Assembly (NCBI RefSeq): GCF_000315625.1
Contig: NW_005434657.1
Location: 83,539 to 147,538 of the forward strand
Length of the DNA: 64,000 bases
Reading direction: 5' to 3'
From: Guillardia theta CCMP2712
Taxonomy: Eukaryota; Protista; Cryptophyta
Below, in pieces: positions 1-12,140 of the stretch. Position 1 is the first letter of the stretch, and each line of letters starts with the position of its first letter. The notes under the pieces were generated by a model that saw only the letters and a program-made list of their open reading frames with translations, had not been told where the DNA came from and searched no databases. Made by a program: the position numbers and the translations under genes.

Positions 1-1
1 G

Positions 2-3000
2 GCCGATACGTTTCAACGTTCCCTCGCCGAAGTTCTGCACATCAACCCCGAAGACATCAAGTTGTCCCTCTCAGACATCACAAAGAGAGCTAGTGATGCT
101 ACAGCCTCGTCCGATTCAAGGACAGAACCAACAAAAGGGACTGTCCAGGGCGGGAAGGAGTCATCGGGGACAGGAGAGGGCGGGAAGGAGTCATCGGGGA
201 CAGGAAAAGGCGGGGAGGATGATGATGAAAGCTCTCAGTCGGGTAACTCAACGTGTGATGGTTGTGAAGGATGGAGCATGGATGAGACCATGGAAATGTT
301 TGAAGACGCTCAGAGGAGAATCAAACGACTGAAGTCTGTGATGAACCTGCGACCGGAGCTAAACAAAGTCCGTCTGCTCACCATTTCGAAACTCTCAAAG
401 AGGGTGAAGGAGAACGCAGTCTTTGAGTTGGAATTCCTGAAGCAAAGCGTTCGCTTGTTGGAGACGAGATACGAAGACGCAGTTGCCAACGTCACGGGGA
501 TGATCCATCCGCTGATGCCCAACGCCATGAGGCTGAGAGACGAGCTGGTGCATGCGAGGTTTGCCACTGACATGCAGATCATAGCCCTTGACAAGACGAT
601 GAATGCGACGACGTCGGCCCTCGGAAGGTTCCTGTGGCTCAAGAGAGTCCTTGAGGAACACTTGCAGCTGATTGAAGACGCGAAGCTCAGGTGGCAAAAC
701 TGGTACGTGAAGCTCCAGGTGGACGCGAACTCGTCGCTGGACTTCAATGTGTCGAAGGAGCGGGAGGTGGAAGCAGACCGAGAGGTATCAGACTTCGAAG
801 AGCTCTTCTCCTTGTTCTACAACGCGGAGTCACAAAGTCTCGAGAACCTCCAGGGGTTCGAGAGGAGGACCAGGGAGCATCTGGCGAGCATCGAGCGGGT
901 CATGGCAGACGTCCTCTACGACATCAACATCTCGTCAATCAAGGAGCTCCAGGAACTTCATGACGCGAGGCAGGACGAGACGGGCCTGACCTCGAGGCTC
1001 TACGACGTGAGTCTGGGGGAGGTGCCGCTGCTGGTGGAGCAGCTCCAGCTGCTCAACGTCTCCATCGATAAGTTCCGGCAAGACTTCATGGCTGACGCGG
1101 TCGATGCGTCTAGAAGCTTCCAGAAGCGCTGGGGTGACACCTTGGCAGCCTGCAAGCAGGCTCTCCTAGACAGGATCAATGCCAAGGATGACAGTTTCCT
1201 TGCTCGACAGAAGCGCTTGCTGGACGAGGTCAATGAGTCAAGCTGGAACTCAGTCCAGCTGGAGTTCTCAGGTGCCGCCGACAGGCTTCAAGAGGAGGAA
1301 ATGAGCATGGCAGAGATCGCCAACGTGAGCGCGAGGCAGTGGAAGGAGAACGAGGAGGTGCTGGAGCAGCTGGAGCAGACGCTGCAAGCGATGGAGGCTT
1401 CCCTGCAGGATGAAATGCAGAGCGAGGACGAGGGAGTGAGAAACCTGCGGAGATACGGCAAGGAGAGCATCGAGAGCGTGCGAGGCGAGCTGAGAGACCA
1501 GCTGGGAAACTTTGCAGGACAGGAGGCAGATGAAATGAAGACTTTGAAGGCGAGCCTGAAGAGGGATCTGGAGATGCTTGTGGAGCATGGGATGCAAGGA
1601 AATCTGAGCAGACTCGTGCAGGTCTGGAAAGAAAAAGGAAGGAAGATGGGGGAGGGAATGAACGAGATGTTGGAGGGTGAGCGAAGCCGCTTGCGAAACT
1701 TCCACGAAAGTCTTCGTGAGCTGAGAGATTCCTTCAACCACTCCTGGTCGAAACTTTCACGAGGCCTGCGAGACCTGAAGAACATCTCCGCCTCCAAGAC
1801 CTCGTACCTCTACCAACTGTTGAAGTCCCAGGACGAGCAGACTAACTCTTCCCTCCGCTCCTTCGCTGCCTTCTCCCTGTTGGGGAGGAAGCTAGAGCAG
1901 CAGCTGTTGGGAAATTTCTCCGACCTCATCCTTCGAAAGAGCCGTCAGATGATCTCCAGCTGGACGCGCGAGGAGCAGCAGGAGCTGCTGGAGAGTCTGA
2001 CAGACCTGAGCAACAGGGTGGAGAGCCAGAGGCTGCTGGGGATAGAGAAACTGATGGACTTTCAATCGAGACTAGAGCAGGCGAAGTCAGACAGCTGGAG
2101 TACTTTCAAGCTCTGGAATATCTCGGCTGAAGGGCTGAGGGGAGCAGTTGAGAACACAACACGTGCGATCTGGGTTGCGTCCCTTCCGAGCTGACGTCTG
2201 CTGGCAGTGCGAGATGTGATCGCCCAGCTGCACGTGAAGAACTTCTCAGCTGAGGATTGGATGCGAATGGACGGCCTCTTCTTCAACTTCAGCCAAGTAA
2301 GTCTTGAGTTGCCTCCCACCCTTCTCTCAGTTGACCTCTCCAGAACCTCCTGGCGACGATCAACGATGACAAGCTGAGAATTTCTCAACACGGCGAGAGC
2401 ACCTTGAAGTCAGTGCTCGTGCTTTCAGCTGCCCTCGTTTCCTCTTGACCTTCTCCCTCTCCTCCTGCAGGTCCCTCCTAGACTCCATCCGCTCGTCCCT
2501 CAACAGCGACTCGTCAGCTTTTCACGCTTGGAGGTCAACCGGAATACAGCTGATGTTGAGCTGACGACAAGCAGATCGCAGCAAGAAAATCGGTCGGACG
2601 ACTTTGATAGCCGTTATGTCAGATATCGACAGGTGCTATTTTGACGCTGCGCAACGAGCGTGACAAGTTTGACTATCAGGAGCTCAGCTCGATGATGGAG
2701 AAGCTGAGGAACTTGTCCAGCAGTCTGCAGGCCTCGAGAGGTCTCGTTGCCTTCCCTCTTGCAAGCCCTGACCTCTCCCAGCAGATCGCACTCTCCCTCC
2801 CCGTCCCCCTCCGCCACCTCCTCCCCCTCCTTCCCCTCCTTCCCCTCCTCCTTTGCCTTCTCCACCCCCTTCTATATTTCCTCCCTCTCCCTCTCCATCT
2901 CCCTCTCCCTCTCCCTCTCCCCATCCCCCTCCCCCTTCCCCTCAAGGCCCTCTCGGTGGCTCCTCCGATACCCATCGCGGCCCATCTCCTCCTCCTGACA

Positions 3001-4522
3001 GGTCCAACGGCACTGATTACAGTGAGCCCTCCCCCCTCCCCCAGCTGTTGCTGAGCTTGTTGCCAGTCTATGAGCTCGACCAGGAAGTTGACCTGGGGCA
3101 GGAAGATGAACTTTCCTCAGCTAACGGGAGATACAGAGTGAGGCTCCTCCTCCCTTCCCCTACCCTCCCCTCCTCCTCTTCTCTCCTCTCCTCTCCTCTC
3201 CTCTCCTCTCCTCTACTCCCCTCTCTTCTCCTCCCCTCCTTCCCTCTCCTCCCCTCTCCCCTCCTCTCCTCCCTTAGCCTCTCCTCTCCTCCTCCCCTCT
3301 CTTTCAGGCCTCTTGACTGGCTTTAGCTCAACATTACGCACGGCAAGTTGTGGCTCTTCGATGACTACGGGAAGATGAAGATCGAGAAAATTTTGCCTTC
3401 GTCGTCGTCGTCCTCCTCCTCCTGCTACGAAAAGCAGCGCTGGGAGAGGAATGCTATGGCTGGGCCCGCCTGTAGGGAGCAAGTGTGGGGAGATATTCAC
3501 TTAAAAAAAATATGAGTAGAGAGGTNNNNNNNNNNNNNNNNNNNNNNNNNNNNNNNNNNNNNNNNNNNNNNNNNNNNNNNNNNNNNNNNNNNNNNNNNNN
3601 NNNNNNNNNNNNNNNNNNNNNNNNNCCACGGGCAAAGGTTGGTGTGGCTTCTTTTCGAGTTGACTTACGGGGAAAGATTGAAGGATCGAGGAAAAAATTT
3701 TTTGCCTTTCGTTGGTTAGTTCCTCCTCCCCTTCCTCCTCCTCCTCCTCCCTCCTCCTCCCTTCCTCGTCCTCCTCCTCCTCCTCCTCCTCCTCCTCCTC
3801 GTTTTCTTCTACGGGGTCCCGCTGGTTGTGTCCCTGTCATGCTCGCGTGACGAGCGGAGGTCAGCTGGTCTTGATTGACAAGCTTGGGGGGATGGTGACT
3901 GCGACGCCTGCGAGGTCGGGGACGAGAGCTCCCTACAGGTTACCAGCTGACTTGCTCGCGTTCAGCTGACGCCTTGCTGCCGCAGACTTGTGCTTAGCGA
4001 TGAAGGCGAGCTGATGGTGCTGGACGGAGAGGATCGTGAAGTTTGGTCGAACGAGGAGCATGGGCGACAGGAGGGAGCAGAAGAAAGCAGAGAAGAAGAG
4101 AAGAAGAACGACCAGGAGAAGAAGGAAGAGGCAGAGAAAGACAAAGAGGACAAGGACAAGGACAAAGTCAAGAAAGAAGGGAAAGAGCAAGAGGAGCAAG
4201 CGAAGGAACTTGAAATGCCAGCTGATGTCGGGCTGCTGAACAGGTGGGAGGAAAGAGGTGGATGGAACAGAAGCTGACTCGTGTCAAGTTTCTGCGCTTC
4301 CTGGAGGGACTCGCAGGGGCAGCAGAGCGACGAGCTGGCGGTCATGGCCAAGTGCATGCAGCAGGACTGCGTGCAGTCGCTCAAGCAGGTAAGCAAACCT
4401 GTTCTCCTCCTCCTCTCCACTACCACCACCACCACCACCACTACCACTTCCACCATCATCATCCTCATCCTCATCCTCATCCTCATCATCATCGTCACCA
4501 CCACCACCACCAGCAGCAGCAG

Positions 4523-4554
<32 letters not shown>

Positions 4555-4585
4555 TTGTCATCATCGCCATCAATATTAATCCTTG

Positions 4586-4679
<94 letters not shown>

Positions 4680-4709
4680 TGTCATCATCGCCATCAATAT
4701 TAATCCTTG

Positions 4710-4740
<31 letters not shown>

Positions 4741-5170
4741 TGTCATTGTCATCATCATTGTCATTGTCATCTCCATCCTCGTCATCCTCTCTCCCCCCCC
4801 CCTCTCTGACGGGGCTCAGGTCGGCTGCCGGTGGAGGGACACGAAGGGTCTCTGCTACGTGGACAGCGGCCAGCAGTGGTGCCAGCTGCACCCCAACAGC
4901 CCAGGCTGCCTTGGTGGCACGGTGATGCATGCGCTGTGCTTGTCCTTATATCCGAGGTCGAGTAACGAGCTGGAGCAGAGCTGGGGGCCCGTGCAGCACA
5001 GGAGGAGGAGCGACGACCAGCAGGTAGGCATGCAGACTAGCTCGCGTCCTCCTGACTTGCTCGCGTCCTCCTGACTGCCTCGCGCGCAGCGTCTTAGCTG
5101 CTCGTGTATGCGGCGCTGCTCATACCAGAGCAGCAACAAGAAGTTTCGCTGCGCGCAAGATTTCACGAAG
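2..5170 (+). CDS. Large multi-exon putative extracellular glycoprotein: long coiled-coil, then a bulb-type (B) lectin-like domain, a charged linker and a Cys-rich tail (5' partial; 3' end runs into gap)
   Basis: The frame is open from base 2 through ORF 62..2194 (heptad-rich, about 16 N-x-S/T sequons). Spliced exons give LGQEDELSSANGRYR / LNITHGKLWLFD / ARVTSGGQLVLID / LVLSDEGELMVLDGEDREVWSN (B-lectin-like beta-prism repeats), then CASW..KCMQQDC / GCRWRDTKGLCY..WCQLHPNSPGC / CSCMRRC. Interrupted by the gap at 3526-3625. Confidence 0.6.
4425..4770. repeat. (CAC)n/(CAT)n microsatellite block inside an intron, with an internal duplicated spacer
   Basis: Long CAT runs; the spacer 'tgtcatcatcgccatcaatattaatccttgt' occurs twice (~4555-4586, ~4680-4710). 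Confidence 0.95.
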
Positions 5171-5749
5171 GTGTGAGAACTTGGAAGGGAAGAGAAGAAG
5201 CGAGGGAGAAAGACGAGAAAAAAGAAAGAGATGCAATGGGGAGACGATCGAGGGAGAGAACAGAGAGGAAAGGAGAGGAGAGGAGAGGGAGGAGAGGCGA
5301 GGCGAGGCGAGGGGGAGGGAGGGAGGAGGAGGAGGAGGAGGAGGAGGAGGAGGAGGAGGAGGAGGAGGAGGAGGAGGAGTAGCGNNNNNNNNNNNNNNNN
5401 NNNNNNNNNNNNNNNNNNNNNNNNNNNNNNNNNNNNNNNNNNNNNNNNNNNNNNNNNNNNNNNNNNNNNNNNNNNNNNNNNNNNNNNNNNNNNNNNNNNN
5501 NNNNNNNNNNNNNNNNNNNNNNNNNNNNNNNNNNNNNNNNNNNNNNNNNNNNNNNNNNNNNNNNNNNNNNNNNNNNNNNNNNNNNNNNNNNNNNNNNNNN
5601 NNNNNNNNNNNNNNNNNNNNNNNNNNNNNNNNNNNNNNNNNNNNNNNNNNNNNNNNNNNNNNNNNNNNNNNNNNNNNNNNNNNNNNNNNNNNNNNNNGGG
5701 GAGAGAGAGAGAGGGAGGATGGAAGTGAGGAGGACGTCGGAGTCCTCAC

Positions 5750-7216
5750 AGGCTTCTGGCCAACAATCCATTGGAAGATGTCAATAATCTCACACTGCAA
5801 CACAATCAGATCGAACAAGAAACACACCTGACACTGATCTCAACTTATTGCCTCCTCTCCCTAACTCCTCCATTCTCTTCTCCCTCTGTTCTCCCTTCTC
5901 TTCTCCCTACCTGTTCTCCCTTCTCTTCTCCCTACCTGTTCTCCTTCTCTTCTCCCTACCTCCTCCTTGTACCTCCTCTCCCTTGCATCCTCTCCCTGTC
6001 TCCTCTCCCTTCTCTTGTCTCCCTTCTCTCCTCTGCTCTACCTGCACGATCTTGCAGTATTCTTTGATCTCTGCATCAGTGAGCTTCTCGACGTTCGCTT
6101 CAGCCCATCGTCCCTGTACGAAAGATGAGAACACGTGTAAGAGATGAGGAGGAGAGTAGTAAGAAATAGAGTAGTAAGAGACGAGGAGGAGAGTAGTAAG
6201 ACATGAGGAGGAGAGTAGTAAGAAATAGAGTAGTAAGAGACGAGGAGGAGAGTAGTAAGACATGAGGAGGAGAGTAGTAAGAGACGAGGAGATAGAGAGG
6301 AGCGGAAACAAGTGACGGAAGGGGAGGAGGCACTGAGGTCAGCCTACCATGATGAGGTCTGTCTCCAGCCATCCCGTCTGTCTCGACCTGCACGTGCGAG
6401 CAGTCAAGTCGCTCGCCATGGCCGGCAGCGGCTGCACCTGTAGATCAATGCGCGCTTGAGGTTCTCGAGTTTGTGGGGGTCAACGTCGCCTGAGCAATCA
6501 GTGACTGAGAGGAAGAGAGCTAGGAGGACGAGAACGAGGAGAGGGGAGGATGCACAGGGGAAACGAAGAAGGAGTTGGGAGGTTGGGGAGGAGGAGGACG
6601 AGGACGAGGGGAAGGAGGACGAGGATGAGGAGGATAAGGACAAGTGGAGGAGCAGGGGAAGAGGTGGAGGAAGGGGCGAGGATCACCAGCTGAAGTGAGG
6701 AACTTTCGCGGATCAAATGTGTCCAACGAGTTTGTGACCTAGAAAGATGTGAGGAGAAGAAGGGAAGGGCTGGAGCACAGACGCTCGTGAAATCCACTCC
6801 CCCAGCAGCTGCTGAGAAGGGACGGCGAATGGCAGCGAATGATGTGGGGGAGCTGCGAACTAGCTTCAAGCATGATGAGGACCTGAAAACAAATCCTTGA
6901 CTTTCGCATAGAGAACCGATCCTCCCCTCTATCATCATAGCTCCTTATACTCCTCTCTGTTTGTCGTTCCCTCTCGTTGTCCCCATCAAATACCCTCGCT
7001 CCTCTCTTCTATCCTCTCCTCTCTCCTCTCTCCCATGTCCTCCCCTCCCCTCTCCAAACTCTCTTTCCTTCCCCTCTCATCCCCACTCTCCTCCCCCATC
7101 CCTACTCTCTTCTCTCCTCGCTCCCCCATCCCTACTCTCTTCTCTCCCCCCTCCCTCCTCCCTCCTCTCCTCTCGCTTCACCTCTTGGCTGCTTGCACAA
7201 CAAACCGAGACGCCAT
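5750..7216 (-). CDS. SDHAF2: Succinate dehydrogenase assembly factor 2 (Sdh5 flavinylation factor), mitochondrial; last exon lost in gap 5385-5697
   Basis: Spliced translation MASRFVVQAAKRSSSCLKLVRSSPTSFAAIRRPFS (mitochondrial presequence-like) ... KLENLKRALIYR|SRQTGWLETDLIM|GRWAEANVEKLTDAEIKEYCKIVQ|CEIIDIFQWIVGQKP matches the Sdh5 YRSxxRGxLExDL signature and downstream helices. Confidence 0.88.
6143..6292. repeat. Intronic minisatellite (GAGGAGGAGAGTAGTAAGA-type units) in SDHAF2
   Basis: Repeated 'gaggaggagagtagtaaga' / 'aatagagtagtaagagac' units. Confidence 0.9.
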
Positions 7217-7313
7217 GGCGACGTGTTCTTCACCGTTCGCTGCCAGTAGGGGTTGTTTATATGTGGCAAATGGGGGTTATTGAGGTTGGGGTGGTAGAGG
7301 TAGAGGTGAAGGA

Positions 7314-8915
7314 ATGGTGAAGTTTGTTCCGACAGTGGTAGTGATGGCGGTGATGATGGCGAGTGCGACAAGACAGGAGGAAGGAGGAGGAGGAGGAGGA
7401 GGAGGAGACAGATTGGCGACGAAGCCATGCTTCTTGACATTGATCAGCCCTCGGGATGGAGGAAGATACTTTCAAGGTGCGGACTGTAACACGGGAAGGA
7501 AAGGTGACGGGATGTAGGCGAGGACATCGAAGTTCATGTGGGAAGAAGCAACGGAGAAGCGAGTAAGATGTGATGTAATGCGAAGAGAGGAGGGGAGAGG
7601 AGAGGAGGAGGAGGGGTAGAGGAGGGGAGTGCAGAGGAGAGGACGGCAGGCGGAGGCGAGGGGTAGATGGGATAGTNNNNNNNNNNNNNNNNNNNNNNNN
7701 NNNNNNNNNNNNNNNNNNNNNNNNNNNNNNNNNNNNNNNNNNNNNNNNNNNNNNNNNNNNNNNNNNNNNNNNNNNNNNNNNNNNNNNNNNNNNNNNNNNN
7801 NNNNNNNNNNNNNNNNNNNNNNNNNNNNNNNNNNNNNNNNNNNNNNNNNNNNNNNNNNNNNNNNNNNNNNNNNNNNNNNNNNNNNNNNNNNNNNNNNNNN
7901 NNNNNNNNNNNNNNNNNNNNNNNNNNNNNNNNNNNNNNNNNNNNNNNNNNNNNNNNNNNNNNNNCAATCAAGTGGGTGATATAATGTAATGTGATGCGTG
8001 TGCTAGTTCTTGACAACTTTGAGGCAGCTGGACGAGTGATGATGATCCTCGATGACAACCTGATCAATGAACCTGTCTGTCTCCTCCTTCACCATCCTTG
8101 TTTCCCCGCTTCTCCATCCTCACTGCATCACCTCCTCCCTCCAACTCCCCCCCCCCTCTCCCCTCCCTCCTCCCTCCTCCCTCCTCCCTCTTTCCTTCTC
8201 CTGCCCTTCACACCTGGACCAACTGAGTCTGTAGGAGCTGCGGCTCAGGGACGGGCATGTCGGGACGTTGAGGGGAATGGAAGGAGGAATTCACCAACTT
8301 ACGGTGAAACTTATCGATGACCAGAGCGAAGAAATCTGCAAATATGTGAGAGGGAGGGGGCGAGCGAGCGAGCGAGAGAGAGAGAGAGGAGAGGAGAGGG
8401 AGGAAGGGAGGAAACGATGGAGAGTGATTGAGGAGTTTTCAGACCTCTACGTTCGTGGTGGGGCACTGGCTTCCTGAGATTTCAATCACTTCGCCTGTCA
8501 ACGGGAGTTTTGTGAGTGAGCAACAGCTGAGCGTGTTCTTCTTTGTGGAGAGATTCAAGTCAGTATCGCACGTGCTCTTCTGATAAGACTCTCACACTCT
8601 TTGTTAGTAACATCTCACAGTCTTCTGTTACTGTTCGCCTTGACGGGCTCGACGTCTTCTCCCTCCCCGGCTCGTCTCACCATTTCGTCCTTGACCAAGT
8701 CAGACCTCCTGACCTGAACCCTCTCACGTTGACTCCTCCTCCAGCTTAAGCCCGGTGCTCACATCCTCGAGGTCTCAACTCCCGCTCCTGTCTTTCTCCT
8801 CCTCCTCCTCCTCCTCCTCCTCCTCCTTCTCCTCCTGTCTCCACTTCCTACCTCCTGCCCCCTCTTCCTACTACCTCCTGCTCCTGCTCCTGCTCCGGCT
8901 CCGGCTCCGGCTCCG

Positions 8916-8957
<42 letters not shown>

Positions 8958-9419
8958 CCCTCCTCCTCCCGCTCTCTTTCCTGGCCATTCCTCTCATGCT
9001 CCTTGTGCTTTACTGCTTTCTCTCTCTTACGCATCCTACCGTTTACAGCTCGTTCTCCTCCTCCCCTCAGGCACCTCCAAGGTCCGCAAGAATCCCCTCC
9101 GCCGCCGCCTGACCCTACGACCAGCGAACGCTCTCCTCCTCTCGCTGCCACTTCACCGTCCACCAGCCTGAGGTGCAGCTGCTGGAGCCTGTCTACCTTC
9201 AGGACCTGGAGGAAGAGGAAGAAAGGATCGCGAAGAGAAGGCAAGAAGTTCTTCTTGTCTGCCTTGATGGTCACATTCATCTCCTTGTAGATTCGTCATG
9301 AAGGTTGTTCATGCACTTGAAGGATTTGGGTGTAAAACGTTGGACGAAGGATCGTTGAATTCAGCATTCACTGTCGATGCTATTGTCGTTGTCACTTTTT
9401 CTGTACTTTTTGTTGTTGT

Positions 9420-9472
<53 letters not shown>

Positions 9473-10343
9473 GGAGATAAACATGCTGATGATGCCCTGC
9501 TAATTTATGTTTAGCTCATGGTCCTCAACCTACCTTCAAACGCACGAGCGATGTTGAGGGTTGAGGTACAACTCATCTTTCCTCTCTTCTGTCTCTCTCC
9601 TCCTCCTCCTCCTCCTCCTCCTCCTCCTCCTCCTTCATCGCTTCACCTCCGTCTCTTCTCCCCTGCGTTCTTATCCTCCAGCAGATGTCAAATGGGCTGA
9701 GCGCTACTCGCAAGGTCTTGGGAAGGGGGAGGCGAGGGGGAGGGATTGACTGGCAGCAGGTGACACAGTCGGACGCGCTTGTGCTGTCATGGGAAGGAGA
9801 ACGGCAGACCGAGGAGAGGAACCTGCAAGAGATTTCTTTGAGGATGAGGTGAAGGAGAGAGTAAGTGGGGAAGCGATCTCAGATTCCGCACAGTCTGGTC
9901 TTGGAGGACGAGGACGAGGACGGGGACTATGGAGGTGGAGATGAGGGATACACTGATATGGTTCCTCGTGTGCAAAACTTGATCTTCGTTGACATCTTGA
10001 CAGATGTCAAAACTTGTCTTCACAAACAGGACTGTCGCAAAGGTGGTCAGAGTGCCGGCGAGGAAACAGTTGGTCTACCTTCTCGTCGCTCGTTTGCTGA
10101 TTGTTCTTGCTTCTCCTAGTCGTGTCAGCCCCACATGCTCCAACATCTTCCTCGACATCGGCACAAACGACGGGTCAAGCATACGGCGATTCTTGCGTCC
10201 TGAGGTGTGACTGGACTGAGAGAATGAGGAAGAAACACAGACAGGAGGAGGAGGAAGAGTAGGAGGAGGAGGAAGAGGAATGATAGAGAGCTGGATAGCG
10301 GAGAATGTGGAAGGGAGGAGATGGAGCAGTCGGCAAAGTACCG
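7314..10343 (+). CDS. Multi-exon secreted/membrane protein with Ig-like beta-sandwich segments and the start of an FkbM-like SAM methyltransferase domain (3' end in gap)
   Basis: Signal-peptide-like MVKFVPTVVVMAVMMASA; exons FLTLISPRDG, GIHQLTVKLID, EISITSPVNGS, LKPGAHILEV (Ig-like); CSNIFLDIGTNDGSSIRRF resembles the FkbM-family motif I. Two gaps interrupt the gene. Confidence 0.45.
9420..9469. repeat. (GAT)n microsatellite, intronic
   Basis: Direct reading. Confidence 0.95.
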
Positions 10344-10524
10344 NNNNNNNNNNNNNNNNNNNNNNNNNNNNNNNNNNNNNNNNNNNNNNNNNNNNNNNNN
10401 NNNNNNNNNNNNNNNNNNNNNNNNNNNNNNNNNNNNNNNNNNNTCCCCTCCCTCCCTCCCTCCCTCCCTCCCTCCCTCCCTCCCTCCCTCCCTCCCGTCT
10501 TCCCTCCCCTTTCTCAAGTTCCAG

Positions 10525-12084
10525 CAGACTCCTGGGCAGCACCTGGAGGAGCTTTCGATCGTCTTGCTCAGCTCATCGAACGCGCAGTGGAAGTTAGCTC
10601 TTCCCCAGCTGTCGTCGTGTCCATGTCCATGGGGGGACCTTTCTTTGCGCTCTTCTGCTCACAGCACGTCTCAGAGGTCTTGACTGCTCTCCTCCCCTCC
10701 ACTCCTCCCTGCCCGCACTTCCTTGTCCTCTATCATCTCCTTCATACATGGCTACTCCACCCCACACTTCTCTCTTCCTCCTTCCCTCCCTTCTCTCTTT
10801 CTCCTTCCTCAGGTGGCCCCTCCATCGCTGCTTCATCTCATTTCCCAGCAGGCTTGGAAACTTCGGCACATTCAAACGTTCGTGTCAGTCTCTGGGGTGC
10901 GGCAGGACCTTTCTTACTTCCTCCCTCCTCACCTTCTCCGCAGGTTTACGGCGGCTCCTCGTCCCCGCTGCTCACTCTCTTCTCCGGCAAGTGGGGCTCG
11001 CTGATCCCGAGCATCCTTCAGCCCTTCAGCCTCAAGACGGTCGGGAGGGGGAGGGCATTTTGATCTCTCCTCTCACTTCACCTCTCCTCTCTCCTCTCTT
11101 CCCTCAGGCCCGAACGTTTGCAAGTCTCCCTTGGCTGCTTCCTTCCGACCGAGTCTTCAGCAGCGATCGGGTTAGATTTCGTTGAAACCACCTCAAGAGC
11201 TCACCAACACCTTCTCTTCCTCCCCCTCACCCCTCCCTTCTCACCCTCGTCCTCATCCCCTCATCCTCATCCCCCTCGCCGTCCTCCCGCAGGTTTGGAT
11301 ACGCACCAAGTCAAGAAACTTCACCGCATCTGAGCTTCCCGAGGCTCTCGAGCTAGCAGGAGCGTACTTCTCCGCAAACCGAACGGTCGAGTGAGCATGG
11401 GTAAGAAGCGACTTGACATCCTTCAACAGCGAGCATTCGCATCCCTCGCAGGTCAAGCGCTCGCGCCAAACGTGAGTAGAGGAGAGGAGGAGGAGGAGGA
11501 GGAGAAGCAGCAGCAGCAGCAGCAGCAGTAGGAGGCTGAACAGTCGAGCAGGTGACGACTTTCTGCTTTTTTGGAGCAAAACTTCCGACAATCGAAGCGC
11601 TTGAATGGAACGAGGAGGAGCTGAGAAGCCCTCCTGACTCCGCCAGCATGGGCATGGGGGATGGGACGGTGGGCAAGAGGACGAGGCCGGATGGTGACTG
11701 AGCAAGAGGCAGGTACTGGCTGAAAGCCTCTCAGCTTGCATGGAGTGGGCGAAAGTTCAACGAATGCCAGTGAAGAACGTGACTTGGTGAAGACTATCTT
11801 GTACCTCTATCCTCTATCTCCCTCCCTTCCTCCCTCCCTCCCTCCCTCCCTCCCTCCCTCCTTGCCCCAACATTCCAACACCTCCTCCGTCCATCTCTTG
11901 CTTCTCTCCCTCCCTTCCCGCATACCTTTTTATCCCCCTCATCCCTTTTTCACTCTCATTTGTCTGCACCTTTGTCTTCTTCCTGCTCTTGATTCTGACT
12001 TCTATCAGGGACTACGTGGCTCACACAGATATGCTCAAGTGGCCGCCAGTCTTCAAGAAATTCTTTGAGATACTCGTGGGGTGA
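10525..12084 (+). CDS. Lecithin:cholesterol acyltransferase / group XV phospholipase A2 family alpha/beta hydrolase (5' part missing in gap)
   Basis: Nucleophile elbow VVVSMSMGG; WKLRHIQTFVSVSG|VYGGS; FASLPWLLPS; APNVTTFCFFG; catalytic Asp GDGTV; catalytic His AHTDML; stop TGA at 12082-12084. Confidence 0.85.
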
Positions 12085-12140
12085 AACAAACACAATCTCC
12101 TCGCTCGAGGAAGCCACTCACAAACTTATCCCTCCCGGCT

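Noticed and set aside
3962-5831. ORFs encoding poly-His, poly-Met, poly-Asp, poly-Ile and poly-Glu
   Set aside because: Translations of intronic CAT/GGA microsatellites and N-gaps, not proteins
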